DNA from: Alphaproteobacteria bacterium
GTDB lineage: Bacteria > Pseudomonadota > Alphaproteobacteria > CALKHQ01
Length of the DNA: 64,000 nt
NCBI GenBank assembly: GCA_965227515.1
Contig: CBDDFZ010000001.1
Span: forward strand, 1,984,001 to 2,048,000
Reading direction: 5' to 3'
Shown here: positions 11,300 to 20,948 of the stretch, one piece after another
Numbering within the stretch: position 1 is the first letter of the stretch
How the letters are laid out: every line of letters begins with the position of its first letter
Translations under genes and position numbers: made by a program
Notes under the pieces: generated by a model
Told to the model about the DNA's origin: nothing
Databases searched by the model: none
The model's input: only the letters and a program-made list of their open reading frames with translations

Positions 11300-13180
11300 G
11301 TGCGTTTCCAACGCAAATCGCTGAATATGTTGAACATCAAGCTGCGAGCGGATCGCGACGAGACGCGGCACGGCAACTTCAAGCGGCGCACGGTGCTGAT
11401 CGCCGGCGGACAGGTTGCGATGTTCGGCGTGCTTGGCGCGCGCATGTACCAGCTCCAGATCGAGGATACCGACCGCTTCGTCACCCTAGCCGAGGACAAC
11501 CGCGTCAACATGCGGCTGATCCCGCCGCCGCGCGGCGACATTCTGGCCCGCCGCGGCGAACCCATCGCCACCAACGAGTTGAACTACCGGGTCCAGGTGG
11601 TGCCGGAGCAGGCCGGCGACGTGAAGGCGGTGCTGCGCACGCTGGCAGGCATCGTCGATGTGTCGATGGACCGGCAGGAACGCGTATTGGAGGAAGTGTC
11701 GCGCCAGCGCGGGTTCGTGCCGGTGACCGTGGTCGAGAACCTGACCTGGCAGCAGGTCGCGCGGATCGAGGTCAACGCGCCGGACCTGCCAGGTGTGTTC
11801 GTCGACCTGGGGTACCGCCGCATCTATCCGCAGGACACGTTTCTGGGCCACCTGACCGGATACGTGGCGCCGCCGCGGCCGGAGGACCTGAACGGCGACC
11901 CGCTGCTGGAGCTGCCTGACTTTCGCATGGGCCGCAACGGCCTGGAGCGGCACTACGATATGGAACTGCGCGGCACCGCCGGGGTGCGCCATGTCGAGGT
12001 CAATGCCGTCGGGCGGGTGATCCGTGAGCTGGCGCGCCAGGAGGGGGCGCCCGGCAAGACCGTTCAATTGACCGTGGATATCGGGCTGCAGCGCTATGTG
12101 ACCGAGCGCCTGGGCGAGGAAAGCGCGTCGGTCGTGGTGATGGACGTGCATTCCGGCGACGTTCTGGCGCTGGTCTCCAACCCCGGTTATGACCCGAACG
12201 CCTTCATTGGCGGCATTTCGGTGGACGACTGGACCGCGCTGATCGAGAACCCGCGCGCGCCGCTCAGCAACAAGGCGATCTCCGGCGTCTATTCGCCGGG
12301 CTCGACCTTCAAGATGGTGGTGGCCTTGGCCGGGCTGGAAACCGGCGTCATCGACGGCGGCACCGACATTTTCTGCCCCGGCCACTTCGACTATGGACCC
12401 AACCGGTTCCACTGCTGGAAGCGCGCCGGCCACGGCAAGATGAACATGATGCAGGCGATCCAGCAGTCCTGCGACGTCTATTTCTATGAGACCGCGCTGG
12501 AGATGGGCATCGACCGGCTGAACGAGATTGCCCGCCGTTACGGCTTTGGCGAGCCGCTTGGCATCGATCTGCCGGGCGAGCGCAGCGGGCTGATGCCGAC
12601 CAAGGCGTGGAAGGAAGAGCGGTTCAATCACTACTGGGTGCCGGGCGACACCATCAACGCCGGCATCGGCCAAGGCTATGTGAACTGCACGCCGCTGCAA
12701 CTGGCGGTGATGACCGCGCGCATCGTCAATGGCGGCTATGCCGTGGTGCCGCGCGTGGCGCACCCGGTTGACGGCGCCGCGATCGCCCGCGCACCGAAGA
12801 TCGACGTGCGCGAGGACTGGCTGCGCTGGATCAACGACGCGATGTCGATGGTCGTGAACAGCCGCGCCGGCACCGCCAACGACGCGCGCATCGAGGACGA
12901 GCGGATGGCGATGGGGGGCAAGACGGGCACCGTGCAGGTCCGCCGCATTACCCAGGCGGAACGGGCCGCCGGCATCATCCGCGACGAGGACCGGCCGTGG
13001 GAGCACCGCAACCACGCGCTGTTCGTCGGATACGCGCCAATACATAGCCCCCGGTTCGCGGTCTCGGTGGTGGTCGAGCACGGCGGTGGCGGCTCCACGA
13101 CGGCGGCGCCGATCGCGCGCGACGTGCTGATCGAGACTCAGAAGCGGCTGGGTCCGACCGAGTTGTCGCAAAACGGCTGA
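11300..13180 (+). CDS. mrdA: Penicillin-binding protein 2
   Basis: PPRGDI, STFK (SxxK), SCD and KTGT motifs. Confidence 0.96.
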   Translation: MRFQRKSLNMLNIKLRADRDETRHGNFKRRTVLIAGGQVAMFGVLGARMYQLQIEDTDRFVTLAEDNRVNMRLIPPPRGDILARRGEPIATNELNYRVQVVPEQAGDVKAVLRTLAGIVDVSMDRQERVLEEVSRQRGFVPVTVVENLTWQQVARIEVNAPDLPGVFVDLGYRRIYPQDTFLGHLTGYVAPPRPEDLNGDPLLELPDFRMGRNGLERHYDMELRGTAGVRHVEVNAVGRVIRELARQEGAPGKTVQLTVDIGLQRYVTERLGEESASVVVMDVHSGDVLALVSNPGYDPNAFIGGISVDDWTALIENPRAPLSNKAISGVYSPGSTFKMVVALAGLETGVIDGGTDIFCPGHFDYGPNRFHCWKRAGHGKMNMMQAIQQSCDVYFYETALEMGIDRLNEIARRYGFGEPLGIDLPGERSGLMPTKAWKEERFNHYWVPGDTINAGIGQGYVNCTPLQLAVMTARIVNGGYAVVPRVAHPVDGAAIARAPKIDVREDWLRWINDAMSMVVNSRAGTANDARIEDERMAMGGKTGTVQVRRITQAERAAGIIRDEDRPWEHRNHALFVGYAPIHSPRFAVSVVVEHGGGGSTTAAPIARDVLIETQKRLGPTELSQNG

Positions 13181-13198
13181 TCGGACGGACCTTTCCCC

Positions 13199-14356
13199 AT
13201 GGCATTGAATGTCCATAACGGCCCGGAACAGCACCTGACGCTGGCGCGGCGCGTGCTTGGCCTGCACTGGGTGCTGCTGTTGCTGGTGGTCGCGATTACC
13301 GGCGCCGGTCTGGCAATGCTCTATTCGGCCGCCAACGGCGACGTCGACCCCTGGGCATCGCGCCAGGCCATGCGGTTCGCGATGTGTGTGGTGCTGACGC
13401 TCGCCATCGCGCTGATCGACATCCGCATTCTGCTGCGCATGGCCTACCTCATCTATTTCCTGACCTTCATCCTGCTGGTGGCGGTGGAGGTGATGGGCTC
13501 CATCGGCATGGGGGCGCAGCGCTGGATCGATCTCCAGGTCATCCGCCTGCAGCCGTCGGAGCTGATGAAGATCGCGCTGGTTCTGGCGGTGGCGCGCTAT
13601 TTCCATGGCTGTTCCGACGAGGACATGGGCAAGGTCAGGAAGCTGATCCTGCCGGTGCTGATGGTGATGGCGCCGGTGGCGCTGGTGCTGAAGCAGCCGG
13701 ACCTGGGCACCGCGGCGATGTTGGGTGTCGGCGCGCTGGCGCTGTTCTTCGTTGCCGGCGTGCGCCTGTGGATGTTCGGCGTCATTCTGCTGGCGGCCGC
13801 GGCGGGCGGGCCGATCGCCTGGAACTTCCTGCACGACTACCAGCGCCAGCGCATCCTGACCTTCCTGGAGCCGGAGAGCGACCCGCTGGGCGCCGGCTAT
13901 CACATCCTGCAATCCCAGATCGCGCTGGGATCGGGCGGGCTGACGGGCCGCGGGTTCCTGCAGGGCTCGCAAAGCCACCTGAGCTTCCTGCCCGAGAAGC
14001 ACACCGACTTCATCTTCACCATGCTGGGCGAGGAGTTCGGGCTGGTCGGCGGCGTGGCGCTGCTGGGCCTGTTCCTGTTCGTCCTGTTGCTATGCGCCGG
14101 CGTGGCAATGCGCGCGCGCAACCAGTTCGGCCGCCTGATCGCCATCGGCGTCTCGATCGTGCTGTTCCTCTATGTGTTCATCAACATCGCGATGGTGATG
14201 GGCCTGGTGCCGGTTGTCGGCGTGCCGCTGCCGCTGATTTCCTATGGCGGGACCGCGATGCTGACGATCATGATCGGCATCGGCCTGGTGCTGAACGTTC
14301 ACGTCAACCGTCATGTCCGGCTCGGCCGCCGCGCGGCCTCCGGCGAGGAAGACTGA
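13199..14356 (+). CDS. rodA: Rod shape-determining SEDS protein RodA
   Basis: GAQRWI, QPSELMK, QPDLGT, PEKHTDFIF, LPLISYGG. Confidence 0.97.
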   Translation: MALNVHNGPEQHLTLARRVLGLHWVLLLLVVAITGAGLAMLYSAANGDVDPWASRQAMRFAMCVVLTLAIALIDIRILLRMAYLIYFLTFILLVAVEVMGSIGMGAQRWIDLQVIRLQPSELMKIALVLAVARYFHGCSDEDMGKVRKLILPVLMVMAPVALVLKQPDLGTAAMLGVGALALFFVAGVRLWMFGVILLAAAAGGPIAWNFLHDYQRQRILTFLEPESDPLGAGYHILQSQIALGSGGLTGRGFLQGSQSHLSFLPEKHTDFIFTMLGEEFGLVGGVALLGLFLFVLLLCAGVAMRARNQFGRLIAIGVSIVLFLYVFINIAMVMGLVPVVGVPLPLISYGGTAMLTIMIGIGLVLNVHVNRHVRLGRRAASGEED

Positions 14357-14360
14357 CCAT

Positions 14361-15983
14361 ATGCGAAACTTGCAGGCCTCTGCTGGTGTCCTGGCCGCTG
14401 CATCGCTCGCGCTAATGGTAGCCGGCGGCACGGCCGCTGCTCAGACCGAGGCGCCTGCGCAATGGTGCGCCGAAGAGGCCGAGGCCTGTGAAGCAATGGC
14501 TACGGCTGTCGCGTACGTCCAGACCATCGTGGAGCCAAAGGAGAAAGCACAGGGTTGGGCGGAGGTCGGGAGCGGATGGGTCTTGCTCGGTCATGCCGAC
14601 CTGGCGGAAGCGGCGTTCGTGCGGGCCCATGCCGCCGTGGACGAACTCCACGAGTACGCAGGCGACCAGTATGACGCGATCGCGGCAATCGTGGCCGCTC
14701 AGGGCGCGTACGGCGCTGACGAAGCGGCACGGCAATCGGTTGCGCGCGCGCTCGAACTGTTCGCGACATTCGAGTCCGAGAGCATCGTGAGCCGAGCGGC
14801 GACAAATCTGTTCAAGACCTTGGCCAATGCCGGGCTGTGGGAAGATGCGCTGGCTGTCGACGCATGGCATCAAGACGAAGATGACCATTTTTCCCGGTTG
14901 GCGGAACTTGCCAGCATCTATGCGGGCGCCGGCGAAGACGAGCGGGCCAACGAGGTGCTCGACCAAATACAAAGGGAGTCTGAAACCGAGATCACCGGCT
15001 CCAACTATTTTCGCGCCTTGGTTGATTTGGGCCGATGGGAGGAGGCCATGGCGCTCGCCCGTCGAGACTTCGACGCGAACGTCGTCGTTGGCATTGGTGA
15101 CCTGATGGCGATAGCTGGCGCGCAGGCAGACAGCGGCATGACCGAACAGCCGTTGGCACTGGTCGATGAGGCGCTCGCTCTGGTGGACCAGTTCGCCGCC
15201 CTCGCGCCCGCTGGCACGCCGAAGTCGACCATCGCCATCGCCGCGGTCCTGGCATTGTCCGAAATCGCGGCGACACAGGCGGTGATCGGCCAGGATGAGG
15301 GGGCAACTCAGTCGTTCGAGACCGCGCTGGACTTGTTGTCGACGTTGTCGGACGAAGAAATCGAGGAGTCCAGGTTCGGCAATCCATACAATTGGCTCAT
15401 ACGGAGCTTGGCCGGTGCCGGATATGTCTCCTGGGCGATCGACATTGCTGGCGCCGAATTAAGCGGTTACGACCAGTACTCGGCGTACCGCACGATTCCG
15501 AGCGCCGTGCCAGACGTTGCCTCCTGGTCCGCGGCCATGGATGCCGTCGCGGACATGGACGATGCCAGCGTTCGCGCGAAAATGCTCGCCACTGCGGCTG
15601 TCGAGTACGCTAAGGCAGGCCTGGACGATGACGCGGATAGCCTACTGTTGGAGGCGATCGAGGCCGCTGAGATCTTGGTTGCCGAGGGCGATATCAGCGA
15701 TGGTTCGATTGCCTACGACACCGTCGCGTTGGCCATGGTCGATATGGGCATGATCGACCGGGCCGCCATGTTGGCTGACCAGTCGCCGGGCGGTTTCACG
15801 GGGCCGATCTGGAAAGAGCTGATCATAGCCTGGACCGAGGCTGGCGAGATTGAGAAGGCGGAAGCGGCACTGGTCCATATTGCGCATCCCATCAGTGTGT
15901 CCGAAACGGCGGTCGTGTTGGCGCGGGCCTACATCGAGATGGCATTGACCGCCGCAGGCGTCGACCGGCTCGAGGTGGACTGA
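14361..15983 (+). CDS. Secreted acidic helical-repeat (TPR-like) protein, function unknown
   Basis: Signal peptide from ATG 14361 (..GTAAA-Q); repeated A..Q...G....A...F..A helices. Confidence 0.65.
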   Translation: MRNLQASAGVLAAASLALMVAGGTAAAQTEAPAQWCAEEAEACEAMATAVAYVQTIVEPKEKAQGWAEVGSGWVLLGHADLAEAAFVRAHAAVDELHEYAGDQYDAIAAIVAAQGAYGADEAARQSVARALELFATFESESIVSRAATNLFKTLANAGLWEDALAVDAWHQDEDDHFSRLAELASIYAGAGEDERANEVLDQIQRESETEITGSNYFRALVDLGRWEEAMALARRDFDANVVVGIGDLMAIAGAQADSGMTEQPLALVDEALALVDQFAALAPAGTPKSTIAIAAVLALSEIAATQAVIGQDEGATQSFETALDLLSTLSDEEIEESRFGNPYNWLIRSLAGAGYVSWAIDIAGAELSGYDQYSAYRTIPSAVPDVASWSAAMDAVADMDDASVRAKMLATAAVEYAKAGLDDDADSLLLEAIEAAEILVAEGDISDGSIAYDTVALAMVDMGMIDRAAMLADQSPGGFTGPIWKELIIAWTEAGEIEKAEAALVHIAHPISVSETAVVLARAYIEMALTAAGVDRLEVD

Positions 15984-15996
15984 CTGGCCTGGTGGA

Positions 15997-16467
15997 TTAG
16001 GACCGCCAAAACTCTCGGTGCGGCGCGATAAGCTCATCCTCGATCTCGGGGAAGGGGCCGTGCACCGCGATGTCCTTCTGCCCGTGGCCCAGCACGGTGC
16101 GGCAGGGCAGGTCCATGGTCGGGTTCGCGTCGTGGTTGCCGGTCAGGGCGAGCAGCTTGGCTTCCTCAAAGCCATAGACCAGGCGGCCGATATTCGCCCA
16201 ATAGAGCGTACCGGTGCACATGGCGCATGGCTCGCAGGTGGTGACCAGCGTGCAGGTCCACAGGTAGTCGGGCGCGTAGGCGGTTGCGGCGCGCCGGGCG
16301 AGTTCGGTCTCGGCATGACGCACGGTGTCGATGTTGGCCTGCCGCATCAGGATGGCGTCGTCGGGACCGGCCAGCACCGCGCCGAACGGATGATGGCCAT
16401 GCTCGGCCGCGCTACGGGCAACCGCATTGGCCGTGCGCAAGTGGGCGATCATCCGGTCGCGGGTCAT
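15997..16467 (-). CDS. Nucleoside/guanine deaminase family (zinc-dependent)
   Basis: HPFGAVL, HAE and EPCAMC motifs. Confidence 0.88.
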   Translation of the reverse strand: MTRDRMIAHLRTANAVARSAAEHGHHPFGAVLAGPDDAILMRQANIDTVRHAETELARRAATAYAPDYLWTCTLVTTCEPCAMCTGTLYWANIGRLVYGFEEAKLLALTGNHDANPTMDLPCRTVLGHGQKDIAVHGPFPEIEDELIAPHREFWRS

Positions 16468-16491
16468 GCCGGGTGCCTGATCGAAAAAGCT

Positions 16492-17676
16492 CTAGTACCG
16501 GCTGTCGCAGGTCAGCTCGAGTTCCCAATAGATCAACTGGGTCATCAACGGCACCCACCCGCCGCGATCGAAGGCCGTCATCATCGGCGCGGTCACCGCG
16601 AACGGATCCTCGGCGTAGGGACCCTCGGCGATATGGAACAGCATGTCGCCCATGTTGTCGAACGGCGGCCGTTCGCCGGCCAGATAGTCGAAGTCGAACA
16701 TATGCAATCGTTCGATGGCGACGACGATCAGTTGGTCGTCCTGCCCGAAGATCGGCTCGGCAGGCTCCAGCGTTTCGGCAAATGAGACGAAGTTGGGAAA
16801 CTGGTCCACACGCGCTTGCAGGAGCTGGCCGAGGAGGCGCTCCGACTCCGCAACCGCGTTCATCCAGTACGCGAACAGGCCGCCCAGCCCGCGCGCCTGC
16901 ATCTCCTGCCAAGTGTCGATTGCGCCTTCCACCCCCCTGATCTGCCGGGCGACCTCCTCCTTCGCCGCGTCCGAGAACAGGTAGTCCTCACCGGCAACCA
17001 GGGTCTCGGCGATGGGCCACAGGCACTCGTAGTGCAGGCCGATGCTGATCTCGGCAACGGCAGCCAGCAGGCCGACCATGCGGGCCACGTCCGGATCCGT
17101 GCGCACATAGGAGTGGACGACACCGTTCAGGTCCTGCACCGCCAGCGTCGCGTCGTCCAATGTCACGATCCGGATCTGCGCGGTGCCGACCGCCGTCCCC
17201 GTGGCTTGCTGGAAGGGGCTGTAGCGGATGACCTGGTCGGCGTCCTGCCCGGTGCGTAGCGCCAGGGCCGGCTCGTTCAGGGTCGGTGCAAACACGTCCG
17301 GCTCCCATGTCCAGACATCGGCGCCGGTGTCGAGCCGTCCGGTGACCGTGATGCGCCGCGTATTGACCAGGTCCAGCTTGCCGAAGTCGGTGACCTGCCG
17401 GTCCCAGTGGTAGTACTCGCTGACCAGGATGTTCAGCATCGATTCCGGCATGGGCAGCAAGTGCTGGTAACCGATCTCGAGTTCCTGCGCGCCCAGCATC
17501 GAACGGCTGACCTTCACGTACTCGATGATGGGAATGATGATGCCGTCGTCGACCAGCCGGAAATCGTCAGTCGACAGATAGAACGCGCCGGGCGAATCCG
17601 ACTGCGCATGGCCCGCGGTGGGCAGCGCAAGCGCAGCGGTTAGTGCAAGTGCGGTGAAGTGCAGTCGGCGCGGCAT
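16492..17676 (-). CDS. Secreted hypothetical protein
   Basis: Signal peptide (..PTAGHA-Q); host-like codon use; no family recognised. Confidence 0.65.
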   Translation of the reverse strand: MPRRLHFTALALTAALALPTAGHAQSDSPGAFYLSTDDFRLVDDGIIIPIIEYVKVSRSMLGAQELEIGYQHLLPMPESMLNILVSEYYHWDRQVTDFGKLDLVNTRRITVTGRLDTGADVWTWEPDVFAPTLNEPALALRTGQDADQVIRYSPFQQATGTAVGTAQIRIVTLDDATLAVQDLNGVVHSYVRTDPDVARMVGLLAAVAEISIGLHYECLWPIAETLVAGEDYLFSDAAKEEVARQIRGVEGAIDTWQEMQARGLGGLFAYWMNAVAESERLLGQLLQARVDQFPNFVSFAETLEPAEPIFGQDDQLIVVAIERLHMFDFDYLAGERPPFDNMGDMLFHIAEGPYAEDPFAVTAPMMTAFDRGGWVPLMTQLIYWELELTCDSRY

Positions 17677-17754
17677 GGCATGGGCTCGCAGAGTGTGCAG
17701 GGAGCCTCAGCCTATGCCGGTTCCAGTGCAGCGTCCATGCGCTGCATGGGTGGG

Positions 17755-18585
17755 TTACTTCAGGTTCGCTTGCATCCGGTCCAGGTCGTCGATCGCAGCC
17801 GCGCCGTAGCGTGCGACCAGGGCTGCCAGGCTATTGTCGTCGCGCCGGCGCTGGAACAAATCCTCGAACAGCAGCGCGAACACCGCGCTGAACGCGCGGG
17901 CATCCATCACGCAGGTTGCGTGGGAGAGATTGCCATGCGAATCCGGGCCGTCCGGCACCACCTGGTGGCGGTCGACCACGCCCAGGAACCAGTCGCGCCG
18001 CTTGGCGAAGTCGCGGAAGTAGGGCAGCACAGACATCAGCACGTCGTCGACGTGGGTGCGGGCATCCGCGTTGGCACGCATGCGCTCCCACAGTTCGGAC
18101 GCCGTGTTGTGGATTTGCAGCTCGACGATCAGGTCGACGCAGGCCTGCCGGGCGCGGGCCCAAAGGTCGCCCGGCACCATGGTTGCCATCGCAGACATGA
18201 AACCGCCGATCACCTGGCGGTTGACGCGGTATTGACCGTCGCTCATTTCCCCGCCGGCATGGCCGTACGGAGCCAGTATGTCTTCGAACCGCTCGATCAG
18301 CAGGCGCTGCAGCGGGGCAGTGCGCCTGTCCGGCATGTCCTCGCCGGGCCGGGTCCAGCCGGCCGCGCGCCACAGCTTCTCGTAGGTCTCGTCCAGCCCC
18401 ACCGGGTGGGCGTTGAACTTGGTCGCGAACGCCTTCAGCTGTGCCGGCGTGACCGGCTGCTCGCCAGCCATGCGCTCGACGAATGCGACGAATGCGTCAA
18501 TGGCATGGTGGCCAACCAGGTGGCACCATTCCGGGCCGGACTTCGGCCCATCCATCGTCATCACCGTGGAGTCAGCGGTCTGCAT
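17755..18585 (-). CDS. Hypothetical protein
   Basis: 276-aa ORF with GAGG RBS and natural composition; no family recognised. Confidence 0.65.
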   Translation of the reverse strand: MQTADSTVMTMDGPKSGPEWCHLVGHHAIDAFVAFVERMAGEQPVTPAQLKAFATKFNAHPVGLDETYEKLWRAAGWTRPGEDMPDRRTAPLQRLLIERFEDILAPYGHAGGEMSDGQYRVNRQVIGGFMSAMATMVPGDLWARARQACVDLIVELQIHNTASELWERMRANADARTHVDDVLMSVLPYFRDFAKRRDWFLGVVDRHQVVPDGPDSHGNLSHATCVMDARAFSAVFALLFEDLFQRRRDDNSLAALVARYGAAAIDDLDRMQANLK

Positions 18586-18726
18586 TGTTGCGCCTCATCC
18601 GATTGATTTGCATAACCGCAAATCTCCGCTATCTACTTGCGCCGGTGCGGGGCGGTCCGGGCTCGGTTCTCGTCAGCGCGCGGGCGCACCCTATCTGACG
18701 TGAAACGCGCTAAGTTTTCGTAAACC

Positions 18727-20415
18727 GTGACGGATGCGGATTCCGCCAGCCAGCCCATGACCGACCGCCTCAAGATCGCCATTGCCCAGTTGAACCCGGT
18801 CGTCGGCGATATCGACGGCAATGTCGCCAAGCTACTGGCGGCGCGCGATGCGGCGCCGGACGCGGACATCATATGTGCCGGCGAGCTGGTGCTCAGCGGC
18901 TATCCGCCCGAGGACCTGGTGCTGAAGCCGGTGTTCATGGAGCGCCTGGCCCAGGCCGTGGACAAGGTGGCGGCGGCCACCAAGGATGGCGGGCCGGCGG
19001 TGCTGGTGACCGTGCCGTGGCGGCATGACGCCCTGACCTACAACGCCGTGGTGGCGGTGGACGCGGGCGAGATCGTCGGCTGGCGCGCCAAGGTGCACCT
19101 GCCCAACACCCACGTGTTCGACGAGGTGCGCACGTTCGCCCATGGGCCGATGCCGGGGCCGCTCAGCCTGCGCGGCGTCCGGCTGGGGGTGCCGATCTGC
19201 GAGGACATCTGGCACGAGGACGTGGTGGAATGCCTGCAGGAGGCTGGGGCGGAACTGCTGATCGTGCCCAACGGCTCGCCGTGGGAGATCGACAAGCACG
19301 ACCTGCGCCTCAGCCTGACGGTCAGCCGGGTGACCGAGAGCGGCCTGCCGATGATCTACATCAACCAGGTTGGCGGCCAGGACGAGCTGGTGTTCGACGG
19401 CGCCTCGTTCGCGCTCAACGCCGACCGCTCGCTCGCCGTGCAATGCCCGTCGTGGCAGGAGGCGGTGATCACCACCGAATGGCGGCGTGGCGATGATGGG
19501 GGGTGGCACTGCGATCCGGGGCCGATGGTGCCGCCGGACGAGGGACTTGGGGCGATCTACCAGGCGATGACCATCGGCCTGCGCGACTATGTCGACAAGA
19601 ACCGCTTCCCCGGCGTGGTGCTGGGCCTGTCCGGCGGCATCGACAGCGCACTGTCGGCGGCGGTTGCGGTCGACGCGCTGGGGCCGGATCGGGTGCACAC
19701 CATCATGATGCCGTCGCCCTACACCAGCCAAGAAAGCCTGGACGACGCGGCCGGCGTCGCCGAATTCCTCGGCATCAGGCTCGACGAAATAAACATCGGC
19801 CCCGGCATGCAGGCGGTGGAGGGCATGGTCACGCCGCTGTTCAATGGCGCGGCGCCCGACACCACCGAAGAGAACATCCAGAGCCGGCTGCGCGGGCTGA
19901 CCCTGATGGCGATCTCCAACAAGCTCGGGCCGATGGTGCTCTCCACCGGCAACAAGTCGGAGATGGCGGTCGGCTACGCCACCCTCTATGGCGATATGTG
20001 CGGCGGCTACTCGGTGCTGAAGGACGTCTACAAGTCGACTGTGTTCGCGCTGTCGCGCTGGCGCAACCAGCACCATCCCGAGGGTGCGCGCGGGCCAGCC
20101 GGCCGGGTGATGCCGGAGCGGGTGATCGACAAGCCGCCTTCGGCCGAGCTGAAGCCGGACCAGACCGACCAGGACACGCTGCCGCCCTATGACGAGCTGG
20201 ACGACATTCTTGAGCGCCTGATCGAGCACGAGGAAGGCGTCGACGACATCTCCGGGCGCGGCCACGACCCGGCGGTCGTGCGGCGGGTGTGGCGGATGCT
20301 GGACCTGGCCGAGTACAAGCGCCGGCAGGCGCCGCCGGGGGTGAAGATCACGCCGCGCTCGTTCGGCAAGGAGCGCCGCTACCCGATCACCAATCGCTTC
20401 CGCAACCACATCTGA
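18727..20415 (+). CDS. nadE: Glutamine-dependent NAD+ synthetase
   Basis: Nitrilase domain (ELVLSGYPPEDL, ICEDIW) plus LSGGIDSA, NKSE, GYATLYGD, PSAEL. Confidence 0.96.
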   Translation: MTDADSASQPMTDRLKIAIAQLNPVVGDIDGNVAKLLAARDAAPDADIICAGELVLSGYPPEDLVLKPVFMERLAQAVDKVAAATKDGGPAVLVTVPWRHDALTYNAVVAVDAGEIVGWRAKVHLPNTHVFDEVRTFAHGPMPGPLSLRGVRLGVPICEDIWHEDVVECLQEAGAELLIVPNGSPWEIDKHDLRLSLTVSRVTESGLPMIYINQVGGQDELVFDGASFALNADRSLAVQCPSWQEAVITTEWRRGDDGGWHCDPGPMVPPDEGLGAIYQAMTIGLRDYVDKNRFPGVVLGLSGGIDSALSAAVAVDALGPDRVHTIMMPSPYTSQESLDDAAGVAEFLGIRLDEINIGPGMQAVEGMVTPLFNGAAPDTTEENIQSRLRGLTLMAISNKLGPMVLSTGNKSEMAVGYATLYGDMCGGYSVLKDVYKSTVFALSRWRNQHHPEGARGPAGRVMPERVIDKPPSAELKPDQTDQDTLPPYDELDDILERLIEHEEGVDDISGRGHDPAVVRRVWRMLDLAEYKRRQAPPGVKITPRSFGKERRYPITNRFRNHI

Positions 20416-20423
20416 GGCCGGCC

Positions 20424-20948
20424 TTGCCCGATCTCTCTACGGCGCATCGCATGGCGGCCTACATGGCGTGGGCCGACGACGTGATGCTGAACAACGCCGC
20501 CCAGTTGCCGGAAGCGGAGCTGATGGCGCCGCGCGACGCCCTGTTCGGCAGCATCGCCGGCACCTTCGACCACATCCTGGTGGTGGCGGAGATCTTCAGG
20601 GCGCACCTGGAGGGCACCGGCCACCCGCACCGCGCGCGCTACCGCAGCGAGACGCTGCCATTCGCGGAGGTTGCGCAGCGGCTGCGCCAGATGAACGAGC
20701 ATTACGTCGGCCTCGCGCGGGCCTGGACCCCGGCCGAGTTGGCGGAAACCATCGCGTTCGAGTTCATCGGCGGCGGGGCCGGCGCGATGACGCGGGAGGA
20801 CATTCTGCTCCACCTGGTCAACCACGCGACCTACCACCGCGGGTTCGTCAGCACACTGCTCTACCCGTTCAAGACCAAGGGCGCGCCGACCGACCTGACG
20901 GTGTTCCTGCGCGACATCTGGCCGAAAGTTAGCGCCGTATTCAGTTAA
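20424..20948 (+). CDS. DinB family protein
   Basis: Y.AWA, FGSI.GT..H, HLVNHATYHRG; TTG start at 20424 with GAGG upstream (or ATG 20451). Confidence 0.85.
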   Translation: MPDLSTAHRMAAYMAWADDVMLNNAAQLPEAELMAPRDALFGSIAGTFDHILVVAEIFRAHLEGTGHPHRARYRSETLPFAEVAQRLRQMNEHYVGLARAWTPAELAETIAFEFIGGGAGAMTREDILLHLVNHATYHRGFVSTLLYPFKTKGAPTDLTVFLRDIWPKVSAVFS

